Origin: a virus | Taxonomy: Duplodnaviria; Caudoviricetes | Virus record (IMG/VR): IMGVR_UViG_3300025751_001878 | Location: 1-31,599 of that record | DNA length: 31,599 bases | Reading direction: 5' to 3' (one strand) | In this document: one piece after another, positions 1-8,779 of the stretch | Layout of the letters: each line of letters begins with the position of its first letter | How positions within the stretch are numbered: position 1 is the stretch's first letter | Notes under the pieces: generated by a model | Databases searched by the model: none | Seen by the model: the letters and a program-made list of their open reading frames with translations, nothing else | What the model was told of the DNA's origin: nothing | Translations under genes and position numbers: made by a program

Positions 1-1249
1 CTTGATAATTTACTTGCAGATCAAACTGATCCATTGCTTCTTTTAGTTCAGGACCAAAACTTAGTTCTGTAAAACCTGGACTGTTAGGTGTAGCCTTTAA
101 AATTACCATACTTACTTTAGGGTCATTTAAAGACGCATGGTATGAAATACCGTTATACAATCTTTCAACAAACTTTACTTCGTTAACTGTGTTACCTTTT
201 AATTCGTTTTCTAGTTCATCAGCAACATCAGCATAAATTTTCTTAAAGATAGGATAATTGTGCTGTGCATCACTGCCATTCATTTCATCAATATATGAAT
301 CTTTAACGTCTACACCAAATATACTCTTGAAGAATGTTTGAATCTTGTCGTAAGAGTTACCTGGAACTTGTCCAAACTGTTTAACATCACCTGCTTTTGC
401 ACTAAGCAAGTTAATAGTACTGTCATCAATTGTTAAAAATAAATCTGCTTTTGTACCTTTCTGATCTGATACACCGTCTGAATTAACAGTAATAATATTG
501 GTTTCAGGATCATTCACAGCAACTTCGACTGCTTGTTTTACTGCTTGGCTACCGTTTGCCCACTTAACAGCAGATCTATTTAATCCAATCATTTCAGGTG
601 GAAGTTTGCCTTCTCTAACTGATCTATCTAATGCGCCAAAACTTGTTTGATTTAACACAAGAACATATTTTAAAGTATCGTTAGAAACTTTAGAAGTTAG
701 CAGTCCTCTTTTATTTTTACCTTCTTCTGTTACAGTTAATCGTTTTAACACATCAAGAACATCGTTTTCAGTAATTTCTTCACCAAGTTTTTCAAACTTT
801 GCAGTACATGCTGCGCCAAGAAATGCTTCGCCCACATCACCTGTGTTGAATGGCTTTTTTTGACCTTTCATTTCTGGAGTTTTAAAAATTTGCCCAGTTG
901 GAATATAATTGTCTGACCCTTGTACTTTAACTGAAACACTCTTAGGAACATCACCTACTGGTATTAAATAGCCGCGATCATCTACATTTACATTTTCTTT
1001 TTCTTCAACTGGAGCATCTTGTCCATAGAATAATTGCGATAAGCGTTTTGCTTCTGCAGGATCAAATTTTATAGTTTTACCATACTTCTTTTTTGCAGGA
1101 CCTTCGAGTTCTACATCTTTACCAGTTGCAATCATGTTAATTAGCATGTCAAGGTATTTGCCGCCATACTTTAATAGATTGCCTCTGCTAATACCCTCTT
1201 CATTAATAATTTTTTTTGATTCTACTAATTTAAAGTCACGATAACGCAT
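1..1249 (-). CDS. Large hypothetical protein, 3'-truncated by the window edge; possible PD-(D/E)XK-type nuclease fold; N-terminus MRYRDFKLVE
   Basis: Not in the ORF track. Segments translated by hand from ATG 1249 are in one frame: NTGDVGEAFLG ... KGTKADLFLTIDDSTINLLSAKAG, which resembles an E...D...SxK nuclease arrangement. Late-type CATAAATA at 1275-1282. Confidence 0.7.
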   Translation of the reverse strand, partial: MRYRDFKLVESKKIINEEGISRGNLLKYGGKYLDMLINMIATGKDVELEGPAKKKYGKTIKFDPAEAKRLSQLFYGQDAPVEEKENVNVDDRGYLIPVGDVPKSVSVKVQGSDNYIPTGQIFKTPEMKGQKKPFNTGDVGEAFLGAACTAKFEKLGEEITENDVLDVLKRLTVTEEGKNKRGLLTSKVSNDTLKYVLVLNQTSFGALDRSVREGKLPPEMIGLNRSAVKWANGSQAVKQAVEVAVNDPETNIITVNSDGVSDQKGTKADLFLTIDDSTINLLSAKAGDVKQFGQVPGNSYDKIQTFFKSIFGVDVKDSYIDEMNGSDAQHNYPIFKKIYADVADELENELKGNTVNEVKFVERLYNGISYHASLNDPKVSMVILKATPNSPGFTELSFGPELKEAMDQFDLQVNYQ

Positions 1250-1277
1250 TGATAAGTTCCTAAATTCTTTTTAGTAT

Positions 1278-1970
1278 TTATGCTATTTTAGGGAACAGCA
1301 TGTCCTTGCAGAATTTGTCTACTTCAGCTTCTGGTAGTCCTAGGCTTTTCATAGTACGAGGCGTATGTGGATTCTGTTGCTGGTTTTCACAGTAATAGTT
1401 TTGTGCTACTGCACACTCTATTTCATCTGCTGTGTGATTAAAATCTTTTACTTCCCATAGGTATGCATCTAAGTTGTCAAGTGCTAGTCGAATAATCTCT
1501 GCTGCTTCTTCTTCAGTCTTTACATTGCCTGCTGCTAACATATTACCACTAAAGATATTGCGAGCCCATTCAGGCAGTTCACGTTTCTTTTTAGGAATAA
1601 AGTCTTTTACACTTTCTGCATAACCTTCCATCATAGGATGATTAGGATTAACACTGCGACTATAATCGTGGAATGCACCTGTCATCTTAGTTGCGCCTGC
1701 AATAACATCAAAACCATATATTGGTGCATCGTTGTGTAGTTGCGGGAACACACAAACATGCATCATCCATAAGCCACGTTGCTCACGTGCATCTACAACA
1801 TCAATGTGAGCACGACGAATATGGTCGCTATTCCAAGTCCTGTTAACCCAACCATTCTCAGGTTGGTTATAGTCTCCGAGTCCGTCTTCGTCATACTCTT
1901 CAAGGTGGTATTCGAATTTTTCGATAATCTTTTCTTGGCAGTCAATTAACTTCTCCCATATCATGCTCAT
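1278..1970 (-). CDS. pcyX: Ferredoxin-dependent bilin reductase, PcyA/PcyX-like
   Basis: Motifs RRAHIDVVDARE, LWMMHVCVFP, APIYGFDVIAG..KMTGAFHDYS, LPEWARNIFS, QNYYCENQQQNPHT, typical of FDBRs and closest to the phage PcyX type as I recall it. Confidence 0.85.
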   Translation of the reverse strand: MSMIWEKLIDCQEKIIEKFEYHLEEYDEDGLGDYNQPENGWVNRTWNSDHIRRAHIDVVDAREQRGLWMMHVCVFPQLHNDAPIYGFDVIAGATKMTGAFHDYSRSVNPNHPMMEGYAESVKDFIPKKKRELPEWARNIFSGNMLAAGNVKTEEEAAEIIRLALDNLDAYLWEVKDFNHTADEIECAVAQNYYCENQQQNPHTPRTMKSLGLPEAEVDKFCKDMLFPKIA

Positions 1971-2092
1971 AGTCTTGTTCCTGAATTTCCAAATGGATCA
2001 TTTGCTTTACGTGTTGCATATTCTGCATACGCAATCATACCTGCACAATAGATCCAAAATGTTGCACAGAGAATTATTCCACCTACGGTCAT
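1967..2092 (-). CDS. 41-aa small membrane protein (MTVGGIILCATFWIYCAGMIAYAEYATRKANDPFGNSGTRL)
   Basis: Hand-translated. Fills the clpS-pcyX gap exactly, with ATGA overlaps at both ends, and has one hydrophobic helix. Confidence 0.65.
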   Translation of the reverse strand: MTVGGIILCATFWIYCAGMIAYAEYATRKANDPFGNSGTRL

Positions 2093-2403
2093 ATTTCTTC
2101 TTCTAATCTTACTGACAACGGAAATCCTTGGTCTCTACTTAGTTTTGTAGTTTCAAGTGCTTTCTGTTCGGCAATTTCATAATCATATGTGCCTACAACA
2201 GCAGATCCTTCGTTATGTATTTTCATAGTTAATGTCTCTGATCCTGTATCAGAATGCTTATAGATTTCTTTAAGTATACTTAATACCCAGTCAATAGGAG
2301 TTTCGTTATCGTTAAGCATGATAACATTATATTTACTTGGTAATCTTATTTTATTATCAATTTTTTCATCGATATTTACATCTGTGTCAATAGCTGTACT
2401 CAT
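2089..2403 (-). CDS. clpS: ATP-dependent Clp protease adaptor ClpS
   Basis: PSKYNVIMLNDNETPIDWV, MKIHNEGSAVVGTYDYEIAEQK, GFPLSVRLEE match the ClpS signature. SD GGAG present. Confidence 0.93.
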   Translation of the reverse strand: MSTAIDTDVNIDEKIDNKIRLPSKYNVIMLNDNETPIDWVLSILKEIYKHSDTGSETLTMKIHNEGSAVVGTYDYEIAEQKALETTKLSRDQGFPLSVRLEEEI

Positions 2404-2437
2404 TTATTACTCCAATACTTATTTATTACTCCGATAA

Positions 2438-2461
2438 ACAGGGGAGATTGTACTCCCCTGT
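2438..2461 (-). terminator. Rho-independent terminator downstream of hsp20
   Basis: 9-bp stem ACAGGGGAG/CTCCCCTGT followed by a short T run on the minus strand. Confidence 0.7.
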
Positions 2462-2481
2462 ATTTTAAAGTTAATTACTTT

Positions 2482-2925
2482 TTAATACTGATCAACAGTT
2501 TTAATGCTGATCTTTTTTGGCTGTAGTTCTTCGGGTACTTCATGTTTTAAATGAACATTTAGCATACCAAGTTCTAACATTGCACCTTCAACTTCTACGT
2601 GATCTGCAAGTGTAAATTCTCTGCGGAAATTACGTCCGCCAATACCTTTGTGTAAGTAGTTGACGTTTTCATCACCTTTAGGAGCTGTACCTTCAATACG
2701 CAATGTGTTACCATCTTTCGTAATATCTAGGTTATCCATACCAAAGCCAGCGACAGCGATACTAATCATGTATTCATCTTCGTTAATCTGTGCTATGTTG
2801 TATGGTGGGTAACCTGTTGCATTTGGACTATTTTGGAATCTTCTTTCCATATCATTAAATAGTCGATCAAAGCCAATAGTTGCTCTGTGAAAATGTGGTA
2901 GGTCTAGGGTTGTAAGTCTTGTCAT
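2482..2925 (-). CDS. hsp20: Small heat-shock protein Hsp20 (IbpA-like)
   Basis: IGFDRLF, YPPYNI, ISIAVAGF, YLHKGIGGRNFRREFTLADHVEV, GMLNVHL, PKKISI. Confidence 0.95.
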   Translation of the reverse strand: MTRLTTLDLPHFHRATIGFDRLFNDMERRFQNSPNATGYPPYNIAQINEDEYMISIAVAGFGMDNLDITKDGNTLRIEGTAPKGDENVNYLHKGIGGRNFRREFTLADHVEVEGAMLELGMLNVHLKHEVPEELQPKKISIKTVDQY

Positions 2926-2980
2926 GTTATTTCTCCTTTATCAAGCAAGAATTATGTATGGACCCATTATGGCGTCCAAG
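2926..2980 (-). promoter_or_regulatory. ROSE-like RNA thermometer in the hsp20 5' UTR
   Basis: Leader UUCUUGCUU-GAUA-AAGGAGAA: UUGCU pairs with the SD and leaves a bulged G. Upstream hairpin UGGACGCCA-UAA-UGGGUCCA. GATAAATA promoter at 2983-2990. Confidence 0.7.
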
Positions 2981-2993
2981 TTTATTTATCAAC

Positions 2994-4127
2994 TTACGCA
3001 TAAACAGCGTTAAATTGTTGAGTACAACGAACAAATGTTGTACAACGACTTAAATGCTTGAGCCTTTGTGCTCCAGCATATGTGCAGGTAGATCTTAGTC
3101 CTCCGAGTAAATCTTGCACGGTTATACCCACAGAGCCTCTGTAAGGAACTAAGACCTCTCTGCCTTCGGAAGAACGATAATCTTTCAATCCTCCGAAATG
3201 CTTTGTGTTTGCTGCGTCACTACTCATACCGTAGAACTGCACAAACTGTTTTTCTTTTACTAGATAGTTAAGACCGTCTTTCATTAGTTCATCTGTCTTA
3301 AACATCTTTGTTATTACTTCGCCGCCGCCTTCATCGTGTCCTGCAAACATACCGCCTAGCATTACAAAGTCAGCACCGGCAGCAAAGGCTTTAGCAACAT
3401 CACCAGGACAAGTACAACCACCATCAGCAATGATATGGCCACCCAATCCATGTGCTGCGTCTGCACATTCGATAACCGCACTAAGTTGCGGATATCCCAC
3501 TCCAGTCTGTATCCTAGTAGTGCATACGCTACCAGGACCAATACCAACTTTAACAATATCAGCGCCACTTAAAATCAACTCCTCTGTCATTTCGCCTGTA
3601 ACTACGTTACCTGCAATAATTACTACGTTTGGATAATCATTTCTAAATTTCTTTACAAAACTAGCAAAGCGTTCTGAGTAACCGTTTGCTACATCAATAC
3701 ACACAAACTTCATATGATCGCCTGCTTGTGCATATACTTGATGAAACTTTTGTGCATCTGCGTCTGTAATGCCGATACTCATTGCTACATTTTGTTTGCG
3801 GTATTCCGGGCCAAAGTATTCTGTAAGCTCTTCTACACTATATGTTTTTACAAGACATGTAAACATACCCTGTTTAGCAAGTGTGTCAGCCATTTCAAAT
3901 GTGCCAACACCATCCATGTTAGCAGCCATGATAGGAATACCGCGGTAGTGTCTAGGTATAGCAGGGTAGCCAGGTTCGGCAGTTGGTTCTGCGACCATTG
4001 GTGCTGTGTAATTACGGAATGTAAATCCTCTATTAAGGTCTACTTCTTTGCGGCTACCCAATGTGCTGCGCTTAGGACGTATGAGAACGTCTTTATAGTC
4101 GTACTTCATGTCTTCTTCAAGACGCAT
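2994..4127 (-). CDS. guaC: GMP reductase (GuaC type 1)
   Basis: [77 protein letters not shown]; no CBS domains. Confidence 0.95.
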   Translation of the reverse strand: MRLEEDMKYDYKDVLIRPKRSTLGSRKEVDLNRGFTFRNYTAPMVAEPTAEPGYPAIPRHYRGIPIMAANMDGVGTFEMADTLAKQGMFTCLVKTYSVEELTEYFGPEYRKQNVAMSIGITDADAQKFHQVYAQAGDHMKFVCIDVANGYSERFASFVKKFRNDYPNVVIIAGNVVTGEMTEELILSGADIVKVGIGPGSVCTTRIQTGVGYPQLSAVIECADAAHGLGGHIIADGGCTCPGDVAKAFAAGADFVMLGGMFAGHDEGGGEVITKMFKTDELMKDGLNYLVKEKQFVQFYGMSSDAANTKHFGGLKDYRSSEGREVLVPYRGSVGITVQDLLGGLRSTCTYAGAQRLKHLSRCTTFVRCTQQFNAVYA

Positions 4128-4137
4128 GTATCACCTA

Positions 4138-4401
4138 TTAATCTGAGTTAAGTTTTGCTAATTTCTTTAACCAGCGTGATCGTGCTGCTGCTTTTGCTTT
4201 CTTACGCACAAGGCTTGGCTTTTCATAATGTTGACGTTCTCTGTATTCTTGCAGAATACCGTCTTCTTGAATTCTTCTTTTGAACTTACGCATTGCTTTG
4301 GTAATGTCATTGTTGCGTACTTCAACTTTTGATCCGGGTAAACCGACTTCATCCTTATTGTACCTTGGATTATTATTACTCTTCGATTGATGCTTCGACA
4401 A
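4138..4401 (-). CDS. rpsU: 30S ribosomal protein bS21 with an N-terminal extension
   Basis: KVEVRNNDITKAMRKFKR...GILQEYRERQHYEKPSLVRKKAKAAARSR. TTG start with AGGAGG SD. Confidence 0.9.
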   Translation of the reverse strand: MSKHQSKSNNNPRYNKDEVGLPGSKVEVRNNDITKAMRKFKRRIQEDGILQEYRERQHYEKPSLVRKKAKAAARSRWLKKLAKLNSD

Positions 4402-4777
4402 TAGTGCCTCCTATTTTATCAATTGTTTTAAAGTCATAGATTCTTTGTTTACTTATATAATTATACACTACGTCCTGTACATTTGTCAACCAATAAGTCT
4501 TAGATTTTGCTATTAGAAATGATAAAAGATTACGTTCAGGTAAATCAACATTATCAATATCTATTATAATCATGTCAACTATTGCAGCAACATCAAGTAA
4601 CCAGTCCACTGGTTCACCTGACTCATACGCATAGACATTTAAATCATCTTGTACATTTGCAAGTATAGTGCTTTGGAAGTCAGCCATCACTGGTTGACTA
4701 GGAGAAACTAATAAGACACTATCAGCGTTATTATGTAGTTTATCCGGATATGTAATTAAATTAATCTTTACGTTCAC
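4376..4777 (-). CDS. Hypothetical protein
   Basis: 133-aa ORF overlapping both neighbours in an operon-like arrangement. Confidence 0.7.
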   Translation of the reverse strand: MNVKINLITYPDKLHNNADSVLLVSPSQPVMADFQSTILANVQDDLNVYAYESGEPVDWLLDVAAIVDMIIIDIDNVDLPERNLLSFLIAKSKTYWLTNVQDVVYNYISKQRIYDFKTIDKIGGTIVEASIEE

Positions 4778-7094
4778 TTTTCTTACTCAGCTTATTGAAC
4801 AATGATTCTTCTGATTGTTCTTGGTTTTGTATATAACCTTCCCACGGAAGTTTATCTATCTTACCTTCTATATATGCTGCTTTGTATAGTTTCAGTGTCT
4901 CATGTGGATTATCTTTCTTCCACGCTGTAGTATCTTTTGTATAGGTGTTGTCTTCACCTAATGATTCTAAATACTTTTTATTACGTTTTGCTTTTTCTTC
5001 TACTGTAAGTTCTTTTTTAACTTCTAGTTTCGGTGTTGGTTCTGGCTCGTCATCTTCTACTAAGAACTGATCATCTACATCTTCAAACGTTTCGCCTTTT
5101 AAAAGTATTTTCATTTTTTCATCTGGCGAAGTAATTTCATTATCCAACAGTTGTGATTTTAATTCTTCTAATCGTTCGTGGTCTCTTTCCATTGGTGTGG
5201 AAGAGTCTCTTCCATTATCGTCGGTTCTAGAGGCATGTTCCCTAGTAATCTCTTCAACAACATCTCCGGACTGAGTTCCATCTTCGGTGGTTCTTTCTGA
5301 TTCAATTGATTTGTCATTTATGCCCTCTACTGTAAATCCTGGATTATTAGCAATCCTTTGTGCTCGCGCTCTTTCATAATCATTTCTTTTTTTTAATTCT
5401 CTGTTTTTATTATAAATTTCAAATGTTGCTTGGCTTGCTATTAATAATAGAACTGCTAAAGGATCGAACACAAATATAATAATTAATATTACCCATCTTA
5501 CTGCTTCTTCTAATATGTTTTCATTTGCTGTTTCGCCATAAATAAATTCTGCTAGATATTTAACAGGACCTACTTCTGCTTCAAGTTTTCTGTATTCTGC
5601 TTGTAGAGCATACTTTTCCTCTGTTAATGTATCTATTGTGTTGTTTGCTGTAACAATCTTATCCTGTTGTGCGGCGACTAATTTTTCTACGTCAGCATCT
5701 TTGCCTACTGTTAGATTATCTCTTAGTCGTTGTATTAACGTGTTACTAGCAGCGATCTGTGCATCAGCACTTGCACGTAAATCTTTGATCGCTTGTCTTG
5801 CAGCGTTGATTCTAGGATCATCTGCTTGACGAAGGGCCGTAATGGCTTCTTGTGCTGTAGTTCTAGCCTCCCTGTTAGAAGGAATATCTGTGTTCAAGAT
5901 TGTATCAATCTTTAATTGTATGTCTGCTCTTGCTGTTTTGTTTTCATTAATAGCACCAGCTCTAATACTATCAATCGCATCAAGTAACGATTGCTTTCTC
6001 TGTTGTGCTGTCTCTGTCTGTAAGCCACGCAAATCTGTTACTAGATTTGTTAGGCGTGTTCTTTCGTTGTCAAGTGCTGACTGTGCTTGTGTGCGTAACT
6101 GTACTGCTTGATCCTGTAGTGTAGAAATGCGCTCTTGCTGTGCTGTAACCCATGCTGTAAGTGCTCGTTGTGTGTTGCCGCCAAACAAGCCGTCGCTTGT
6201 AACACCGATCACTGCTTGACCTTCTTTGATCTTGTCACGTTCACGGCTTTGTAGTTTATTAGTTGTTAGAACTATATTATCTTCTATAGTTCTGATCTGT
6301 TCTTCTAATGCTGATACTGCACTTGTATCAATATTCAACTCCGATATACGTGCTTCGTATTCGTTTGCCTGTGTATTAATACGTGCTAGGTCTGCATCTA
6401 ATTGTTCTATTTGTTTGTTATACGGGTCTACTTGTTCTTCAATACTAGCAACATTGGTTTTTGATAGTTCGTCTCTATAGTCTATTACAACACCCTGCAA
6501 TCGTTCTAAATCGCTGTCTAGGCTTTTTATCTCATTTTCGTATACTTTAACTCTATCTTCAAGGCTGTTTAGTTGCGCTGTAACGATAGCATTTTGTTCT
6601 GCAATACCAGGTTGGATACGATCATATGCTGTGTCAATACGTGCTTGTTCTTTGTCAATTTGTGCTTGTATCGCATCGTTGCCTTGTCCTATACTTGCTT
6701 CAGCTTCAACAATACGTTCTTCAGATCTTTTGATTATTGCAGACTGTCGTGTTAACTCATCGTCTATACGCTCTATTTGAGCAACACCTTCGTTTGCTGC
6801 TGATGTTTGTTCAATATGTGCCTTCGATAAGAAACCAAAGATACCCATGCTTGTAATAAACATAAGAACAACTACAGCTCCAACTAGATAGTATTTTAAC
6901 CACCATTTGGCTTGATGCCAGTACTTGTGTAACCAAACTGCTGTAACAAGTTTAGCTATCTCTAAAGTGCCGCCCATAATCATTATCGGGACTGCTGCTG
7001 CGGCAAAAATTGCAACTAATCCAACTACACTATAATATATTGCCACGGCGCTGATTGCAAGAGCAGTGACTAAAACTAAAATACCTATAAACAT
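4761..7094 (-). CDS. Membrane-anchored long coiled-coil protein (DUF4407-like) with a central peptidoglycan-binding-like motif
   Basis: Three N-terminal TM helices, about 400 aa of heptad-rich sequence, central GVTSDGLFGGNTQRAL (PG_binding_1-like), a C-terminal TM (IIFVFDPLAVLLLIA) and an acidic tail. Confidence 0.75.
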   Translation of the reverse strand: MFIGILVLVTALAISAVAIYYSVVGLVAIFAAAAVPIMIMGGTLEIAKLVTAVWLHKYWHQAKWWLKYYLVGAVVVLMFITSMGIFGFLSKAHIEQTSAANEGVAQIERIDDELTRQSAIIKRSEERIVEAEASIGQGNDAIQAQIDKEQARIDTAYDRIQPGIAEQNAIVTAQLNSLEDRVKVYENEIKSLDSDLERLQGVVIDYRDELSKTNVASIEEQVDPYNKQIEQLDADLARINTQANEYEARISELNIDTSAVSALEEQIRTIEDNIVLTTNKLQSRERDKIKEGQAVIGVTSDGLFGGNTQRALTAWVTAQQERISTLQDQAVQLRTQAQSALDNERTRLTNLVTDLRGLQTETAQQRKQSLLDAIDSIRAGAINENKTARADIQLKIDTILNTDIPSNREARTTAQEAITALRQADDPRINAARQAIKDLRASADAQIAASNTLIQRLRDNLTVGKDADVEKLVAAQQDKIVTANNTIDTLTEEKYALQAEYRKLEAEVGPVKYLAEFIYGETANENILEEAVRWVILIIIFVFDPLAVLLLIASQATFEIYNKNRELKKRNDYERARAQRIANNPGFTVEGINDKSIESERTTEDGTQSGDVVEEITREHASRTDDNGRDSSTPMERDHERLEELKSQLLDNEITSPDEKMKILLKGETFEDVDDQFLVEDDEPEPTPKLEVKKELTVEEKAKRNKKYLESLGEDNTYTKDTTAWKKDNPHETLKLYKAAYIEGKIDKLPWEGYIQNQEQSEESLFNKLSKKSERKD

Positions 7095-7130
7095 CGTGAA
7101 GTATTTATCGGTATAATTTTCAGAATTAAC

Positions 7131-7481
7131 TTAGTTTCGACGCATTTCAGCAATGTCTTTAGCGTCCTCTTTTCTATCTGCAAAGATAGGAACCATGTTA
7201 GACTTGTGCATAGTAGCCACACCAATTAATTGACGCTCACCTGAATATACGTTGCGTTTTTTAGCATGTCCATTACCAACCTTATCGCTAGTTACTCTAG
7301 GACCTGTACTGTAGTCAGGTATCTCTGAGCGTACTTCTTTTGCAGAGCCTTTAACTCCTAACTTTTTAAGATAGGCTTCGTGCTCGGCTTGTGCTTTTGC
7401 AAGCCTTTTACTTTTTGATTGCTTTTGTTTGCGATTATACTTAGTTGTGGTCATATAAGGACCGCATAAATGCATCGACAT
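7131..7481 (-). CDS. Basic hypothetical phage protein
   Basis: 116-aa Lys-rich ORF (GVATMHKSNMVPIF) with its own sigma70-like promoter. Confidence 0.75.
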   Translation of the reverse strand: MSMHLCGPYMTTTKYNRKQKQSKSKRLAKAQAEHEAYLKKLGVKGSAKEVRSEIPDYSTGPRVTSDKVGNGHAKKRNVYSGERQLIGVATMHKSNMVPIFADRKEDAKDIAEMRRN

Positions 7482-7510
7482 ATCATATCCTAATTTCTGC
7501 TAACACTTAC

Positions 7511-7539
7511 ATATTAACATTAATTTAGTTTACTGTCAA
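7511..7539 (-). promoter_or_regulatory. sigma70-like early promoter
   Basis: TTGACA-N17-TAATAT. Confidence 0.7.
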
Positions 7540-7543
7540 CCAA

Positions 7544-7828
7544 TTATACCGGTATGCCCGGTCCTCCACCTATCTTAAGTTTAGGATCACTTTTCCTTTG
7601 GTATACTGTGTTAGAATCGACACAAATTACATTGTGTATCTTTCTTTCGCCATAATTATAAGTTAAAGTTCCTATAATCGCCGGTGTGTTTTTAGGATCA
7701 TACAAATATTCCATACATTCATTATATGATGAGAATTCTGCGCCTACTCCTGTAAAAGCGTGATATTGTTGGTTGGGGTATTCGGCTGATACCAGCATAC
7801 TAGCCAGCATTATCCATATTATGTCCAT
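7544..7828 (-). CDS. Hypothetical protein with a hydrophobic N-terminus
   Basis: 94-aa ORF, SD GGGAG, GCTAAATA upstream. Confidence 0.65.
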   Translation of the reverse strand: MDIIWIMLASMLVSAEYPNQQYHAFTGVGAEFSSYNECMEYLYDPKNTPAIIGTLTYNYGERKIHNVICVDSNTVYQRKSDPKLKIGGGPGIPV

Positions 7829-7883
7829 TACGGTCTCCCATAAAGTATTTAGCGAAAGCAGTCCGTTTGTTTCTACCTATCGA

Positions 7884-8330
7884 CTAGGTTGTTGCTTTTG
7901 TGATCATTTCGGCAGTAACTACGCCTGCTTCCATTAGAATACTTCTATTTTCTAAGTGAGCATCTTTAACTGCATTTTTATTTTGTGCATTGTAAGGAAC
8001 AGCATGTTTTGCTTCTACGAGTGCATCACATAATGTAGTATGTTCTCTAAATTTAAAATCGCCAAGAACACGTCCGAATTTACCTTTTGCATCGTATTTG
8101 TGTGTCATCAACACTTGTCTACTACCGACTGGCAAAGCTGCCTGAACATATTCTTTTGCAAGATTACCGAATATTTTTTCTACTTTGTCGCTTGTTCTTG
8201 ATTCCGGTGTATCAATACCATAAAGCCTTACTCTTTCTCCAAAAAGCCAAACTCCAAATCCTAAATCAATATCTATGTCAACAGTATCACCGTCAACGAC
8301 TTTAATTATTTTGCAACCATATTCGTACAT
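7884..8330 (-). CDS. Thermonuclease (SNase-like) family nuclease
   Basis: KVVDGDTVD, RVRLYGIDTPE, KGKFGRVLG. Confidence 0.9.
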   Translation of the reverse strand: MYEYGCKIIKVVDGDTVDIDIDLGFGVWLFGERVRLYGIDTPESRTSDKVEKIFGNLAKEYVQAALPVGSRQVLMTHKYDAKGKFGRVLGDFKFREHTTLCDALVEAKHAVPYNAQNKNAVKDAHLENRSILMEAGVVTAEMITKATT

Positions 8331-8348
8331 TGCCCTCTCCCTTATGTA

Positions 8349-8693
8349 TTAGTTTGCTGGTGCTGGTTTCTTTCCGAAGATTCTATCGTACCCCGGATCT
8401 TCGTCATATGCTCCTGCCCATTTGTTTTCTGTAAACTCTGCAAAGTCAATCAAATCTTCGATGTCTGCATAGTTTTCAGATATCCATTGTTCGTGTTCTT
8501 TAAGTTTAGCCTTCATATCACTTATGTCACGAGCCATGTTGACCTCATCTTCCACTGCCATCTTGCTTGTGAGTTCGCTTACTTGTCCTTTAAGTGTTTC
8601 TATTGTTTGTGCTTGTTGTGCAGTCCACCATACAAATGCGCTTACCTGCATAACGATTGCAACAACTACACCTATTCCAAATTTCATATTCAT
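8349..8693 (-). CDS. Hypothetical protein with an N-terminal TM helix and coiled coil
   Basis: Hydrophobic N-terminus followed by heptads; SD GAGG; ACTAAATA upstream. Confidence 0.7.
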   Translation of the reverse strand: MNMKFGIGVVVAIVMQVSAFVWWTAQQAQTIETLKGQVSELTSKMAVEDEVNMARDISDMKAKLKEHEQWISENYADIEDLIDFAEFTENKWAGAYDEDPGYDRIFGKKPAPAN

Positions 8694-8730
8694 TCTACTA
8701 CCTCATTAAACTATTTAGTTAAATGCCCAT

Positions 8731-8759
8731 AAAAAAAGGCCTACCGAAGTAGACCTTTT
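8731..8759 (-). terminator. Rho-independent terminator with a C(UUCG)G tetraloop after the porin gene
   Basis: AAAAGGUCUAC-UUCG-GUAGGCCUUUUUUU. Confidence 0.9.
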
Positions 8760-8779
8760 AGTTTAAAAATGTGTATTGT

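Noticed and set aside
2402-2432. 12-bp direct repeat ATTTATTACTCC
   Set aside because: Only two copies, explained by a local duplication of the SD and late-box sequence upstream of clpS.
2994-4127. IMP dehydrogenase (guaB)
   Set aside because: [13 protein letters not shown] and FYGMSS motifs and the lack of CBS domains fit GuaC.
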